From: an uncultured Lentisphaerota bacterium
GTDB taxonomy: Bacteria > Verrucomicrobiota > Kiritimatiellia > RFP12 > UBA1067
Direction: 5' to 3'
DNA length: 64,000 bases
Assembly: GCA_900320225.1 (NCBI GenBank)
Contig: ONRL01000038.1
Location: 5,698-69,697 of the forward strand
Position 1 is the first letter of the stretch. The number at the start of each line of letters is the position of its first letter. The notes below the pieces were generated by a model that saw nothing but the letters and a program-made list of their open reading frames with translations, searched no databases and was not told the origin of the DNA. A program made the translations under genes and the position numbers. Of this stretch, positions 38,063-48,652 are shown one piece after another.

Positions 38063-41000
38063 ATGTACCTCAAGCAGTTGGACATACTCGGCTTCAAGTC
38101 CTTCGCGGACCGCACCCGGCTCACGTTCGAGCCGGGCATGATCGCCATTGTCGGACCCAACGGCTGCGGCAAGTCGAACGTGTCGGACGCGATCCGCTGG
38201 GTGCTCGGCGAGCAACGTCCCACGGCGATCCGCTGCTCGAAGCTCGTGGACGTGGTGTTCAACGGCACGGACACGCGCAAGCCGCTCGGTATGGCCGAGG
38301 TGTCCATCACGTTCGCCGACTGCGAGAAGGAGCTCGGCACCGAGTACCATGAGGTCACGGTCACGCGTCGCGTCTACCGTTCCGGCGAGGGCGAATACTA
38401 CCTCAATAAGGTGCGCTGCGGCCTGAAGGACATCAAGCGCCTCTTCATGGGCACGGGCATCGGCACGTCCTCCTACTCCGTGATGGCGCAGGGCCAGATT
38501 GACGCGATCCTCTCCTCCAAGCCCGAGGACCGCCGCGCCGTGTTCGAGGAGGCGGCCGGCATCACGAAGTTCAAGGCCGACCGCAAGGAGGCGATGCGCA
38601 AGATCGACCAGACCGAGCAGAACCTCCTGCGCGAAGGGGACGTCCTGCGCGAGATGAAGCGCCAGATCGGCTCGCTCCAGCGTCAGGTCGGCAAGGCGAA
38701 GCGCGCCAAGGAGCTGCGCGACGAACTGCGCGGCCTCGACATTTTCCTCTGCAAGGGCAAGATCCAGTATTTCAACCTCGCGCTCGAGGGCAACGCCCAG
38801 AAGCAGCGCGAGACGGAGCAGGCCATCATCGACCTCACGGCGGACGTGAACGCCGCCGAGAGCGGCACGCAGCAGGTGCATGCGGACATGCACGCGCTCG
38901 AGGAGCGCCTCGGCGCGCTCGCCACGGAGGCGGCGGCCGCGGACAGCGCCTACGCCCGCGCGCGCGAGGTGATCGGCGTCAACGAGCAGCGCATCGCCGA
39001 GTACCGCGCGTGGCGCGACCGCGATGGCCGGGAGATCGACGTCACCCGCCAGCAGCTCGACGAGATCGGGATGCAGACGGAGTCGCTCCAGCAGAAGACC
39101 GCGCTTCTGGAGGAAGGCGTCGAAAGCGCACGCGAGGCGCTGGCAGATGCCGAGGCGGCGTTCGGCGAGTCGTCCGCGAAGATCGACGCGCTGCGCCAGG
39201 GCCTGCAGCAGGGACGGTTCGAGTCCGTGGCCTGCGACCGCCATGCGGCCGAGGTGCGCGACGAGATCGCCCGCCTGGAGAACCAGGCGCGCGAGGTGAT
39301 TCTGAAGCGCGAACGCCTGACGAGCGAGGAGGCGCAGCTCCAGGCGAGCGACGCCGAGGCACAGAAGAATTTGGCGGACGTCGAGGCGCGCCTCGCGTCC
39401 GCGAAGGCGGCCGAGGCCGAGGCGGCGGAGCGGTCCCAGGCCGCGTCCGACGCGCTCGCGGCCCTGCGCGAGGAGATCGCCGAGGCGCGCGACCACTTGG
39501 GCGAGATGCAGACCGCCGCGGCCGAGAAGGGCGCGCAGCTGGAGATGTTGAAGGACGAGACGGCCGCGAAGGCCGTGCTCGAGAACGTGTTGCAGGATGT
39601 TTCGGGCGACGTGCGGATCATCGCGGTCGAGACCGGACGCGAAGGCGCCACAGCTGTGGCGGCGGGCGACCGGCTCGTGGACCACCTCGCGCTTTCGGAG
39701 ACCGACCGCGAGACGGCGGACCGTCTGCTCGGCGACGTGGTGCTCGTGGACGGCGAAGGCGGGAAGTGGACGCCTTCCACGGCCGTCGCTCCGTCGTCCG
39801 GCCACCGATCGCCGATCACCGAGGCGGAGAACGAGCTGGCGGACCTGCGCGACCGCATTGCGCGCGCGAAGGAGACGCTCGAGACGGGCGCGGCGCGCAC
39901 CATCGCGCTCACGGACGAGGCGCGCGCGGCCGAGGAGCGTCTCACGGCGGCGCGCCGCGGCGCGGCGCAGGCCGAGGGCGAGCACGGGACCGTCGCGCGC
40001 GACGCGGCGGCCGTGAAGGCGCGTCTCGAGGCGGTGTCAGCCGAGCTGAAGGCGGTCCTCGCGGCCAACGCCGGCGACGACGCGCGGCACGGCGAGCTCG
40101 AGCAGGACCTCGAGGCGACGCTCGCGAAACGCGACGCGCTGATGGAGCGCACGGCGCAGCAGCAGGACGAGCTGCAGCGCGTGGAGATCGCGCACGCCGA
40201 GGAGAGCCGCAAGCTCACCGAACGCCGCATCACGGCGGCGCAGATGGAGAACGAACTCCAGCTCACGGCGCAGCAGGGCGCGGACGCCGCGCGCCGGCGC
40301 GAGGAGCTCCAGAAGATGATCGAGGGGCGCGAGGCCGGCATTCGCGGGTACGAGGAATCGATCCAGCGTCTGCAGGACGAGACCGTGGAACTGATGGGCT
40401 CGCTGGACGAGCTGAAGGAAAAGGCGTCCGCGATCCACGGCCAGGTGGAGGAGGCGCGGGCCTCGCGCGGCGAGCTGCAGGCTCGGCTCTCCGCTGCGGA
40501 GGGCGCGGTGGGCGCGAAGCGCACCGCGCTCGACGAGGCGCGGACGTTCAAGGGCAAGCTGGAGGTCGCGGCTACCGAGGCGTCCATGCGCCGGCAGAAC
40601 GTGTACGACCACCTGAACCAGGAGTACGGACTCGACGCGCAGGCCGTGTTGCGCGAGCCGGATCCCGACTGGGGCAAGGGACGCGAGGCGCCGCCGCAGG
40701 AGGAGCTTGAGTCCCGCGTGAACGAGCTGAACGCGCAGATCGCCGCGCTCGGCCCCGTGAACATGGTGGCCATCGACGAATTTCGCGAACTCGAGGAGCG
40801 CTACACGCGCGAGAAGGCGCAGGAGGCGGACCTCCTCGCCGCGAAGGAGCAGATCCTCGCGCTCATCACGAACCTGAACACGAAGTCGAGCGAGATGTTC
40901 CGCACCACCTTCGAGCAGGCGAACGAGAATTTCCAGCGCATGTTCACGAAGCTGTTCAACGGCGGCGAGGCGCGCCTCGTGCTGCTTGAGAACTCCGAGG

Positions 41001-41380
41001 ACCCGCTTGAGTGCGGCATCGACATCATCGCGCGTCCGCCCGGGAAGCGTCCGCAGAGCGTCACGCTCCTCTCCGGCGGCGAGCGCACGATGACGGCCGT
41101 CGCGTTGCTGTTCGCGATCTTCATGATCAAGCCCGCGCCGTTCTGCATGCTGGACGAGCTCGACGCGGCCCTCGACGATGCGAACATCGGCCGTTTCGTG
41201 GACGCCCTGAAGGACTTCCTCGACCGGTCGCAGTTCCTCATTATCACGCACAACCAGCACACCATCGCGGGCAGTGACCTCGTCTACGGCGTGAGCCAGC
41301 AGGAGAAGGGCATTTCGCGCATCATCTCGATGCGCCTGGCGGACATCGGCGTGAAGCCCATGCCGGACGAGAAGTCGTAG
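38063..41380 (+). CDS. smc: Chromosome segregation protein SMC
   Basis: MYLKQLDILGFKSFADRTRLTFEPGMIAIVGPNGCGKSNVSDAIRWVLGEQ (Walker A head), long coiled-coil Ala/Glu-rich arms, and a C-terminal ..LSGGERTMTAVALLFAIF..FCMLDELDAALD.. (signature and Walker B). Confidence 0.95.
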   Translation: MYLKQLDILGFKSFADRTRLTFEPGMIAIVGPNGCGKSNVSDAIRWVLGEQRPTAIRCSKLVDVVFNGTDTRKPLGMAEVSITFADCEKELGTEYHEVTVTRRVYRSGEGEYYLNKVRCGLKDIKRLFMGTGIGTSSYSVMAQGQIDAILSSKPEDRRAVFEEAAGITKFKADRKEAMRKIDQTEQNLLREGDVLREMKRQIGSLQRQVGKAKRAKELRDELRGLDIFLCKGKIQYFNLALEGNAQKQRETEQAIIDLTADVNAAESGTQQVHADMHALEERLGALATEAAAADSAYARAREVIGVNEQRIAEYRAWRDRDGREIDVTRQQLDEIGMQTESLQQKTALLEEGVESAREALADAEAAFGESSAKIDALRQGLQQGRFESVACDRHAAEVRDEIARLENQAREVILKRERLTSEEAQLQASDAEAQKNLADVEARLASAKAAEAEAAERSQAASDALAALREEIAEARDHLGEMQTAAAEKGAQLEMLKDETAAKAVLENVLQDVSGDVRIIAVETGREGATAVAAGDRLVDHLALSETDRETADRLLGDVVLVDGEGGKWTPSTAVAPSSGHRSPITEAENELADLRDRIARAKETLETGAARTIALTDEARAAEERLTAARRGAAQAEGEHGTVARDAAAVKARLEAVSAELKAVLAANAGDDARHGELEQDLEATLAKRDALMERTAQQQDELQRVEIAHAEESRKLTERRITAAQMENELQLTAQQGADAARRREELQKMIEGREAGIRGYEESIQRLQDETVELMGSLDELKEKASAIHGQVEEARASRGELQARLSAAEGAVGAKRTALDEARTFKGKLEVAATEASMRRQNVYDHLNQEYGLDAQAVLREPDPDWGKGREAPPQEELESRVNELNAQIAALGPVNMVAIDEFRELEERYTREKAQEADLLAAKEQILALITNLNTKSSEMFRTTFEQANENFQRMFTKLFNGGEARLVLLENSEDPLECGIDIIARPPGKRPQSVTLLSGGERTMTAVALLFAIFMIKPAPFCMLDELDAALDDANIGRFVDALKDFLDRSQFLIITHNQHTIAGSDLVYGVSQQEKGISRIISMRLADIGVKPMPDEKS

Positions 41381-41409
41381 GCGTCCATGAGACGCCGGAA
41401 AGGAAAAGA

Positions 41410-43734
41410 ATGAAATTGCATAACTTCCCGTACGTGCTGGGAATGTCGGCGCTTGCCCTCTTCTCTTTCGTGGCGGACGGAGCCGAAGTGAACGCCTGGG
41501 CGTTTAAGGATCTCCGCGCGTGGGCGCGCGAAAAGGACGCCGTGAAACTGGTGAAGTTGTCCGACGGCGCCTTCGAGGTGCGGCACACGGGCGGCGCGGA
41601 CTGGTGCGTGAACGGCTGCCCGCAAATCGCGGTGAAGCACGGCGACGTGTTCGAGCTCTCCTGCGAGACGGAGCCGCTCGCGGACATGCCCGACTCGCGT
41701 ACCGTCTGCATGAGCGTGATCCTGCGCGACGCGAAGGGCGTGGAGGTCTCCTGGTCGTACGGTGAAGGGCATGCGAAGCCCGGTCAGCCGATCCAGACGA
41801 CCTTCATGGTGCCACGGGACGTCGCCACGGTCCAGCCGCGCGTGCTGGGCCACGGCGTGACTGCGGCGCGCGTGCGGAACGTGCGCGTCACGCGGACGGG
41901 CAACGCCCTGCCGAAGTCCGGGCTGATCGAGTCCTGCGCCTTCGCGAACGGGTCGCTGCGCGGCCGCGTGTGCGGCGCGGGCTTCGAGGTGGAGGATGTG
42001 CGCACGGGACGCACGTGGAAGCCGGCCGTCGGCTCGCGGTGGGCGGTCGAGGAGCTTTCGCGGCAGCAGGACGCGGACGGCTCCGTCCGCGCCACGTTCA
42101 TCAACCCCGAGACGATGAAGTGCTGGAAGGCGATTTACCGCGTGGAGAAGGACCGTCCGGAAGTGCTCGTGACGCTGGAGGGCGAAGGGACGATGACCTC
42201 GCCGTTCGCCTATCCGGCGGCGTTCGCCTCGCGGAAGGGCGACCGGCTCATCGTGCCGTTGAACGAGGGCATCAGCTATCCGGCGGACGATCCCGACGGC
42301 GTGCCCGGACGCCTGATCGCGTATGGCGGGCATGGCATCTGCATGGCGTTCTTCGGCGTGCAGGACGATGCGACGGGCGCGGGCTGGATGGCGATCCTCG
42401 AGACGCCGGACGACGTGGCGATGGTGGCGCGGCGCGACGCCGAGACGCAGCTGTGGACGCTCGGCCCGAGCTGGGAGGACCAGAAGCGGCAGTTCGGCTA
42501 CGCGCGGCGCATCCGCTACGTGTTCCTCGACAAGGGCGGGTACGTGGCGATGTGCAAACGCTACCGCGCGCACGCGAAGGCGATCGGCAAGTTCAAGTCA
42601 TTCAGCGAGAAGGTGAAGGAGCGTCCGCTCGTGGACCGCCTCCTCGGCGCGCCGAACGTCTGGTGCTGGGAGAAGGACAAGATCGCCGTCGCGAAGGAGC
42701 TGAAGGCGTCGGGCATCGACCGCTTCCTCTGGAGCGCGGGCGGAAACGAGGCGCAGGTCAAGTTCCTCTCGGAGATGCCGGACGTGCTCGTGGGCCGGTA
42801 CGACATCTACCAAGACATCTACCACCCCGAACAGCTCAAGAAGCTCGGCTGGAAGAGTGGCTGCAACACGGAGGCGTGGCCGAAGGACATCATCTGGAAC
42901 AGCGCCAACTCGAACGACTGGCGGCACGCGTGGGGCGTGAAGGCGAAGGACGGCACGTGGACCCACTGCGCGATGATGTGCGACAGCGTGGCGCCCGCCT
43001 ACGAGCGGCGCAACGTGGCGAAGAAGCTGAAGACGAAGCCGTACAACACGCGGTTCATCGACACGACCGTCGCCGCGCCGTGGCAGACGTGCTGGAACCC
43101 GGCCCACCCGATGACGCGCTCAGACAGTCGCCACTGGAAAATGGAGCTTCTGCGCATCCTCGGCGACGAGTTCCACCTCGTCGTCGGCAGCGAGACGGGG
43201 CACGACGCGAGCGTGCCGTTCTGCGACTACTACGAGGGCATGCTCTCGCTCGGGCCGTACCGCGTGCCGGACTCCGGGCGCAACATTTCGCAGGTCTGGA
43301 CGAACGTGCCGCCGCGCGTGGCGAAGTACCAGGTGGGCGAGAACTACCGCCTGCCGCTCTGGGAGCTCGTGTACCACGAGTGCGTGTGCGCCCACTGGTA
43401 CTGGGGCGACTACAACAACAAGCTACCGGACATCTGGTGGAAGCGTGACCTCTTCAACGTCCTTTACGGCACGATGGGCATGTACATCTTCAACAACCGC
43501 CAGTGGAAAGAGGACAAGGAGAAGTTCGTGCGCAGCTACCGCATCACCTCGCCCGTTGCGCGCGCGACAGGCTACAGCGAGATGCTCGACCACCGCATCC
43601 TCTCCCCGGACCGAACGGTACAGCAGAGCCGCTTCGCGGACGGCACGGTCGTGACCGTCAACTTCGGCGACGCGCCGTACTCGCTCCCGGATGGCACGAC
43701 GCTTGCCGCCCGCTCCCACCGCGTCACGCCCTAA
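41410..43734 (+). CDS. Secreted protein, possible glycoside hydrolase (function uncertain)
   Basis: 774 aa with signal peptide (MKLHNFPYVLGMSALALFSFVADGAEV). The functional guess rests only on size, Trp/Tyr-rich C-terminal blocks and a glycan-enzyme-rich context. Confidence 0.6.
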   Translation: MKLHNFPYVLGMSALALFSFVADGAEVNAWAFKDLRAWAREKDAVKLVKLSDGAFEVRHTGGADWCVNGCPQIAVKHGDVFELSCETEPLADMPDSRTVCMSVILRDAKGVEVSWSYGEGHAKPGQPIQTTFMVPRDVATVQPRVLGHGVTAARVRNVRVTRTGNALPKSGLIESCAFANGSLRGRVCGAGFEVEDVRTGRTWKPAVGSRWAVEELSRQQDADGSVRATFINPETMKCWKAIYRVEKDRPEVLVTLEGEGTMTSPFAYPAAFASRKGDRLIVPLNEGISYPADDPDGVPGRLIAYGGHGICMAFFGVQDDATGAGWMAILETPDDVAMVARRDAETQLWTLGPSWEDQKRQFGYARRIRYVFLDKGGYVAMCKRYRAHAKAIGKFKSFSEKVKERPLVDRLLGAPNVWCWEKDKIAVAKELKASGIDRFLWSAGGNEAQVKFLSEMPDVLVGRYDIYQDIYHPEQLKKLGWKSGCNTEAWPKDIIWNSANSNDWRHAWGVKAKDGTWTHCAMMCDSVAPAYERRNVAKKLKTKPYNTRFIDTTVAAPWQTCWNPAHPMTRSDSRHWKMELLRILGDEFHLVVGSETGHDASVPFCDYYEGMLSLGPYRVPDSGRNISQVWTNVPPRVAKYQVGENYRLPLWELVYHECVCAHWYWGDYNNKLPDIWWKRDLFNVLYGTMGMYIFNNRQWKEDKEKFVRSYRITSPVARATGYSEMLDHRILSPDRTVQQSRFADGTVVTVNFGDAPYSLPDGTTLAARSHRVTP

Positions 43735-43778
43735 CCTCGCCATTTGCATATCGGCGGGGATTTGGTAAAATACCAGCC

Positions 43779-45449
43779 GTGAAGTTACACCCGATAGTTG
43801 AACGCCTGCTCGAAAAACGGGGCATCGGCGCGGATGAGCGTGAGGAGTTCCTCGATCCGTCGCTTGCCCGATTGACGTGCGTGGATGCGCTGCCGGGCGT
43901 GCGGGAAGCCGTGGCGGTGATTTTGCCGTTCGTGCGCGACAGGCGCGAGATCGTCGTGTACGGCGACTACGACTGCGACGGCGTGTGCGCGAGCGCGATC
44001 CTCGTCACGGCCCTGCGCCGTCTCGGCGCCACGGCCGATGCGTTCGTCCCCGACCGTTTCACCGAAGGCTACGGCCTCACCGCCGCCGCGATCACGCGCC
44101 TCTTCGCCGAACACCCCGGCGTGCAGCTCGTGGTGACGGTGGACAACGGCATCTCGTCCGCGCGCGAAGTCGCCGCGATCAAGGCGCGCGGCGTGTCGGT
44201 GGTGGTGACCGACCACCATCTGCCGGGCCCGGAGCTTCCCGTTGCCGACGCGCTCGTCAACCCGCGCGTGGCCGCCGCGTCGGGCTGCGAGAACCTCTGC
44301 GGCGCGGGCGTGGCGTTCTTTCTCGCCGGCGCGCTCGTGCAGGCCGCAGAGGCGGAGGGGCTTTACGACGGTGGCAAGTTCGCCGCGCCCCTGCTCGTGC
44401 TGGCGGGCCTCGCCACGGTGGCGGACATCATGCCGCTCCGCGGCCAAAACCGCATTCTCGTGGCGCAGTCGCTCGCGTACTTCTGGCGGTGCGCGCCCCT
44501 CGGCTTGAAGGAGCTCATGCTCTCCGCCTCACGCACGGCCACTTCCGCGCCGAGCGCCCGCGACTACGGGTTCCAGCTTTCGCCGCGCATCAACGCGACA
44601 GGCCGGTTGGAGAGCGCGGCCCTCGCCTACAACCTCCTGATGGAGTCGGACCGCGAGGTGGCGCGCAACCTCGCCGTGCGCGTGAACGGCATCAACGGAC
44701 GGCGCCAGACGGAGGAGCGCGAACTCGCGTTCGCGTTGCAGAGCCAGATTGCGTCCGGTCGCCCCGCCTGCGTGGCGCGCCTGGACAAGGGCAACCTCGG
44801 CGTGGTCGGCATCGTCGCGGCGCGCGTGATGGAGCGCCTCGGCGTGCCGGTGGCCGTGGCGGTGGGGGAGTCGGACAGCAGCGTGACGGGTAGCGTGCGC
44901 GCGCCCGACGGCTACAACGTGCATGACGCGCTGACGTCCGCCGCCGACGCGCTCGAGCGTTTCGGCGGCCATGCGGCGGCTGGCGGATTTACGGTGAAGG
45001 CGGGGCGGTTTGAGGATTTCCGCCGGCTTTTCACCGAGGCGTGTGCGGCGCAGTACGCGGCAGACCGCGAGGCGATCGAATGCGCAAAGGCGATGGAGCC
45101 CGACCTCTGGATCGAACCCGGCGACCTCTCGCTGGAGCTGTACGACGCGTTGCGCGTGCTCGAGCCGTTCGGCGAGGGCAACGCGGAGCCGGTGTTCGGT
45201 TTGCGCGGCGTGCGTTTCTCGGACGCGAAGCCGATCGGCTCGGAAGGGCAGCACGCCACCTTCGCGTTCGTCAACAAGTCGATTCCGCGCGCCGTGTGGT
45301 GGAACCACGGGCGGGACGTGGAGGCGATCCGCGCGCACGACGTGCCGCGCGACGTGCTTTTTACGCTGCTGGAGTCTGACTACGGCGGCGACCCGCACCT
45401 GGAACTGAAATTGCTGGACGCGCGCGTCGCCGCGTCCGGAACGGATTGA
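43779..45449 (+). CDS. recJ: Single-stranded-DNA-specific exonuclease RecJ
   Basis: GTG start. ..IVVYGDYDCDGVCASAIL.., ..FVPDRFTEGYGL.., ..VTVDNGISS.. and ..VVVTDHHLPG.. are DHH-family RecJ motifs I-IV. Confidence 0.9.
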   Translation: MKLHPIVERLLEKRGIGADEREEFLDPSLARLTCVDALPGVREAVAVILPFVRDRREIVVYGDYDCDGVCASAILVTALRRLGATADAFVPDRFTEGYGLTAAAITRLFAEHPGVQLVVTVDNGISSAREVAAIKARGVSVVVTDHHLPGPELPVADALVNPRVAAASGCENLCGAGVAFFLAGALVQAAEAEGLYDGGKFAAPLLVLAGLATVADIMPLRGQNRILVAQSLAYFWRCAPLGLKELMLSASRTATSAPSARDYGFQLSPRINATGRLESAALAYNLLMESDREVARNLAVRVNGINGRRQTEERELAFALQSQIASGRPACVARLDKGNLGVVGIVAARVMERLGVPVAVAVGESDSSVTGSVRAPDGYNVHDALTSAADALERFGGHAAAGGFTVKAGRFEDFRRLFTEACAAQYAADREAIECAKAMEPDLWIEPGDLSLELYDALRVLEPFGEGNAEPVFGLRGVRFSDAKPIGSEGQHATFAFVNKSIPRAVWWNHGRDVEAIRAHDVPRDVLFTLLESDYGGDPHLELKLLDARVAASGTD

Positions 45450-45460
45450 AGGAGAATGAC

Positions 45461-48209
45461 ATGACCCTGCGAACCATCCTGACCACTTTTGTCGCGCTTC
45501 TGGCCTGCGGAGCCTTTGCGGCCCACACGGACGCGCCGCCCGGGCGCTACGACTACACCGCGAAGGTGGCGGCGGCAGGAGCCGCCGGCAAAGCGGCCGC
45601 GACGAAGAGCAACGAGCCGGAAGAGGCGCTCGCGCTCGCCGACCGCACCTACGCCTACGTGGCGAAGACGCTCGGCGAGGCGGCGCTCAAGGACGAGAAG
45701 GCCGAGCTCGAGGCGGACCGCACGTGGCTCGCCGCCGCGAAGACGGAGCGCGAGCGCAAGACGGTGGAGAAGGAAATCCGCCGCCTGCGCCGCCACATCC
45801 TCTTCCGCCATCCCGACCTCCAGTTCAAGAAGCTGCTGGCCGTCCAGCGCGGCATCCCGTATTCGCGCGAGAACCACATGGTGGACCAGTACCTCGGCCG
45901 CTGGAGCCGTCCGGGCCCCGGCCTCGTCGTGCTCGAGAACTGGCAGACCGCGCCGAAGAAATCCTCCCTGCTCGGCGACAAGCTGCCGACTGGCACGGTG
46001 ATCAACCCCGACCTCCACTGGAACGCGGACCGCATCCTCTTCTCGTTCTGCGACCACACGGCGAAGCCGCCGGCGGACGCGCAGAAGCTGAAGGTGCCCG
46101 AGGTGATCGTGCGCGACGACCCGTGGGTGAAGAAGGTCGATCCCGCGCACCCGATCTACGGGCCCGGCTACAAGGCGGGCGGCGAGCGCGCCGTCGCCCA
46201 CCGCCGCTACTTCATCTACGAGTGCGCGGCGGACGGCAGCTGGGTGCGCCAGGTGACGGGCTGCCCCGGCGACCCGATGGAGACGCAGGGCGGACGCCAG
46301 ACCGCGATGATCGAGGACATCGACCCGTGCTACCTGCCGGACGGCGGGTTCGTGTTCTCGTCCACGCGTGGACAGAACTACGGCCGCTGCCACTGGGGCC
46401 GCTACGTGCCCTCGTTCCTCCTCTACCGCGCCGACGCGGGCGGGAAAAACATCCGCCAGATCTCCTTCGGCGAGGCGAACGAATGGGAGCCTGCCGTGAT
46501 GAACGACGGCCGCATCGCCTACACGCGCTGGGACTACATCAACCGCCACGCCGTGTGGTTCCAGTCGCTCTGGGCCACGCGCCCCGACGGCACGGCCGTC
46601 TCGCACGTCTACGGCAACTATTCCGAGGACATCGGCGTCGTCACCGAGACGAAGGCGATTCCCGGCTCGCGCCTCCTCCTCTGCACGGCGAGCGCGCACC
46701 ACAACATCACGAGCGGGTCGCTCTTCCTGCTCGACCCGAGCGTGGGCGAGGACGGCCTCAAGCCCGTCACGCGCGTCACGCCCGAGGTGCCGTTCCCCGA
46801 GAGCGAGGGCTGGAACACGCCCGGCGCCTACTGCTCGCCGTTCCCCGTGAACGACACGCTCTTCCTCTGCTCGTACTCGGACGAGACGCTCGGCTATCCC
46901 GACTACCATCCCCGCCACCGCCGCGAGGAGTACATGGCCGCGTGGCCGTCGCCGGCCGCGTTCGGCATCTGGCTCGTGGACACGCTCGGCGGCCGCGAGC
47001 TCATCTACCAGGATCCCGAGATCTCCACCTTCAACCCGATCCCGCTCGTGAAGCGTCCGATGCCGCCCGCGCTCGTCTCCACCCTGCCGCCGCCCGACAA
47101 GGCGCCGGACACGGGCCTCTGCTACGTGGAGAACGTGTACGACTGCCGCTCCGAGCTGCCGAAGGACTCGATCAAGTGCCTGCGCATCAACAAGCTCGAC
47201 GTGATGGGCGCGTGCCGCCGCGAGACGCTCAACCAGCACGACGACCTCGACCTCCACAAGGAGTTGCTTGGCACGGTGCCGGTGGCCGCCGACGGCTCGG
47301 CGCAGTTCCGTATCCCGGCGGGCGTGCCGATCCAGCTGCAGGCGGTGGACACGAACGGCGTGGCGGTGTTCACGATGCGCTCGTTCATCTACGCGCAGAA
47401 GGGCGAGGTGCAGGGCTGCACGGGCTGCCATGAGAACAAGTTCAAGAGCGGCGCGGCGAAGTACGCGGTGCAGAGTCCGGCCGGCCGCACCACGTACGAC
47501 CCGAAGCCCGAAGTCGACCTCGGCTACACGCCTCGGCTACACGGGTCCGTTCAGCTTCACGAAGAGCGTGCAGCCGATCTTCGACAGGCACTGCATTTCC
47601 TGCCACGGGCTCGGCGAGGGGCGGCGTCCCGCGTTCTCGCTCGTCGGCACGAACGGCGTCTACAACCTCATCAAGCGCAAGCAGATCTCGTTCGTGGCGA
47701 GCTACCGCGAGACGCGCGAGTCGAAGCCCTACGACTACTTCGCGGCGGCGAGTCCGCTCTGGAAGAAGGTGAGGCGCGGACACGGCGGCGCGAAGCTCTC
47801 CAAGGACGAGCTCCAGACGCTCGCGCTCTGGATGGACCTCAACGTGACGGAGTTCACCGTGGGCGGCGGCTACTCGTGGAACCGTCCGGAGTCGCGCGAG
47901 GCCGATCCGGCCGGCGAGGCGGCGCTGCGCGCGGCCGTGAAGGAGGTCCTGGGCGAGAAGGTCGCGGCGCAGCCGTTCGACGCGCTCGTGAACCGCGGCA
48001 TGGAGGAGCGGAGCCGCGTGCTGTGGCTCGTGAAGCCCGAGGACCGCGACCGCTTCCTGACGCTCGTCAAGGCGTCGCTCAAGCCGAAGCCCGCGCATGA
48101 CATTCAGGGCACCTGCGGACGCGACGACGCCTGCGAGTGCAACTCCTGCTGGATCCGCCGCGGCGGCTACAACGACCCGAAGCGTCTCCAGCCCACGAAA
48201 ATTCGCTAA
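45461..48209 (+). pseudogene. Secreted beta-propeller-like protein with two CxxCH motifs (C-terminal PSCyt1-like), disrupted by a frameshift
   Basis: ORFs 45446..48100 and 47268..48209 join into one collinear protein if one copy of the 13-bp duplication at 47518..47543 is removed (..EVDLGYT|GPFSFTKSVQPIFDRHCISCHG..). ATG 45461 follows an AAGGAG RBS. Signal peptide MTLRTILTTFVALLACGAFA. CTGCH and CISCH motifs present. Confidence 0.7.
47518..47543 (+). repeat. Perfect 13-bp tandem duplication (CCTCGGCTACACG x 2)
   Basis: 47518..47530 equals 47531..47543, read directly from the sequence. Confidence 0.95.
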
Positions 48210-48218
48210 AATCCCCCC

Positions 48219-48247
48219 TTGCAAGTGGGCGCGAGATTAGGTATAAT
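48219..48247 (+). promoter_or_regulatory. Putative rpmE promoter (TTGCAA-N17-TATAAT)
   Basis: CCCCCCTTGCAA 48219..48224 and TATAAT 48242..48247. ATG at 48279. Confidence 0.6.
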
Positions 48248-48278
48248 ATCAACTCAATTTTTTTGGAAAGGTTAGATC

Positions 48279-48485
48279 ATGAAAGAAGGCATCCATCCGA
48301 AGTACGGCGACGCCACGATCACGTGCGCGTGCGGCAACGTCATCCACACCCGCTCCACGAAGCCGGAGATGCAGGTGAACACCTGCTCCGCGTGCCACCC
48401 GTATTTCACGGGCCAGAAGACGATGGTTGATACGGAAGGCCGCGTCGACATGTTCAAGAAGCGCTACGCGAAGTTCGCGAAGTAA
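48279..48485 (+). CDS. rpmE: 50S ribosomal protein L31
   Basis: MKEGIHPKYGDATITCACGNVIHTRSTK..CSACHPYFTGQ.. is the L31 signature with a CxxC zinc ribbon. Confidence 0.95.
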   Translation: MKEGIHPKYGDATITCACGNVIHTRSTKPEMQVNTCSACHPYFTGQKTMVDTEGRVDMFKKRYAKFAK

Positions 48486-48509
48486 GCCGGTTCGCAAGAC
48501 CGGGTCTGC

Positions 48510-48546
48510 GGCGCCGCCTCCCCAGGTGGCGCCTTTCTGTTTTTTA
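48510..48546 (+). terminator. Rho-independent terminator after rpmE
   Basis: GGCGCCGCC-TCCCCA-GGTGGCGCC stem-loop followed by TTTCTGTTTTTTATT. A smaller hairpin CCGGT-TCGCAAG-ACCGG precedes it at 48487..48503. Confidence 0.8.
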
Positions 48547-48652
48547 TTGGCGGTTGTGACAGCCCTGATGAGCGTTGGGGTACCGTCGGGGGATGCGTCT
48601 GTCAGAGGTTGAGCAGCGTGCGGGACCGTGAGATTTTGGTATACTATGCCGC

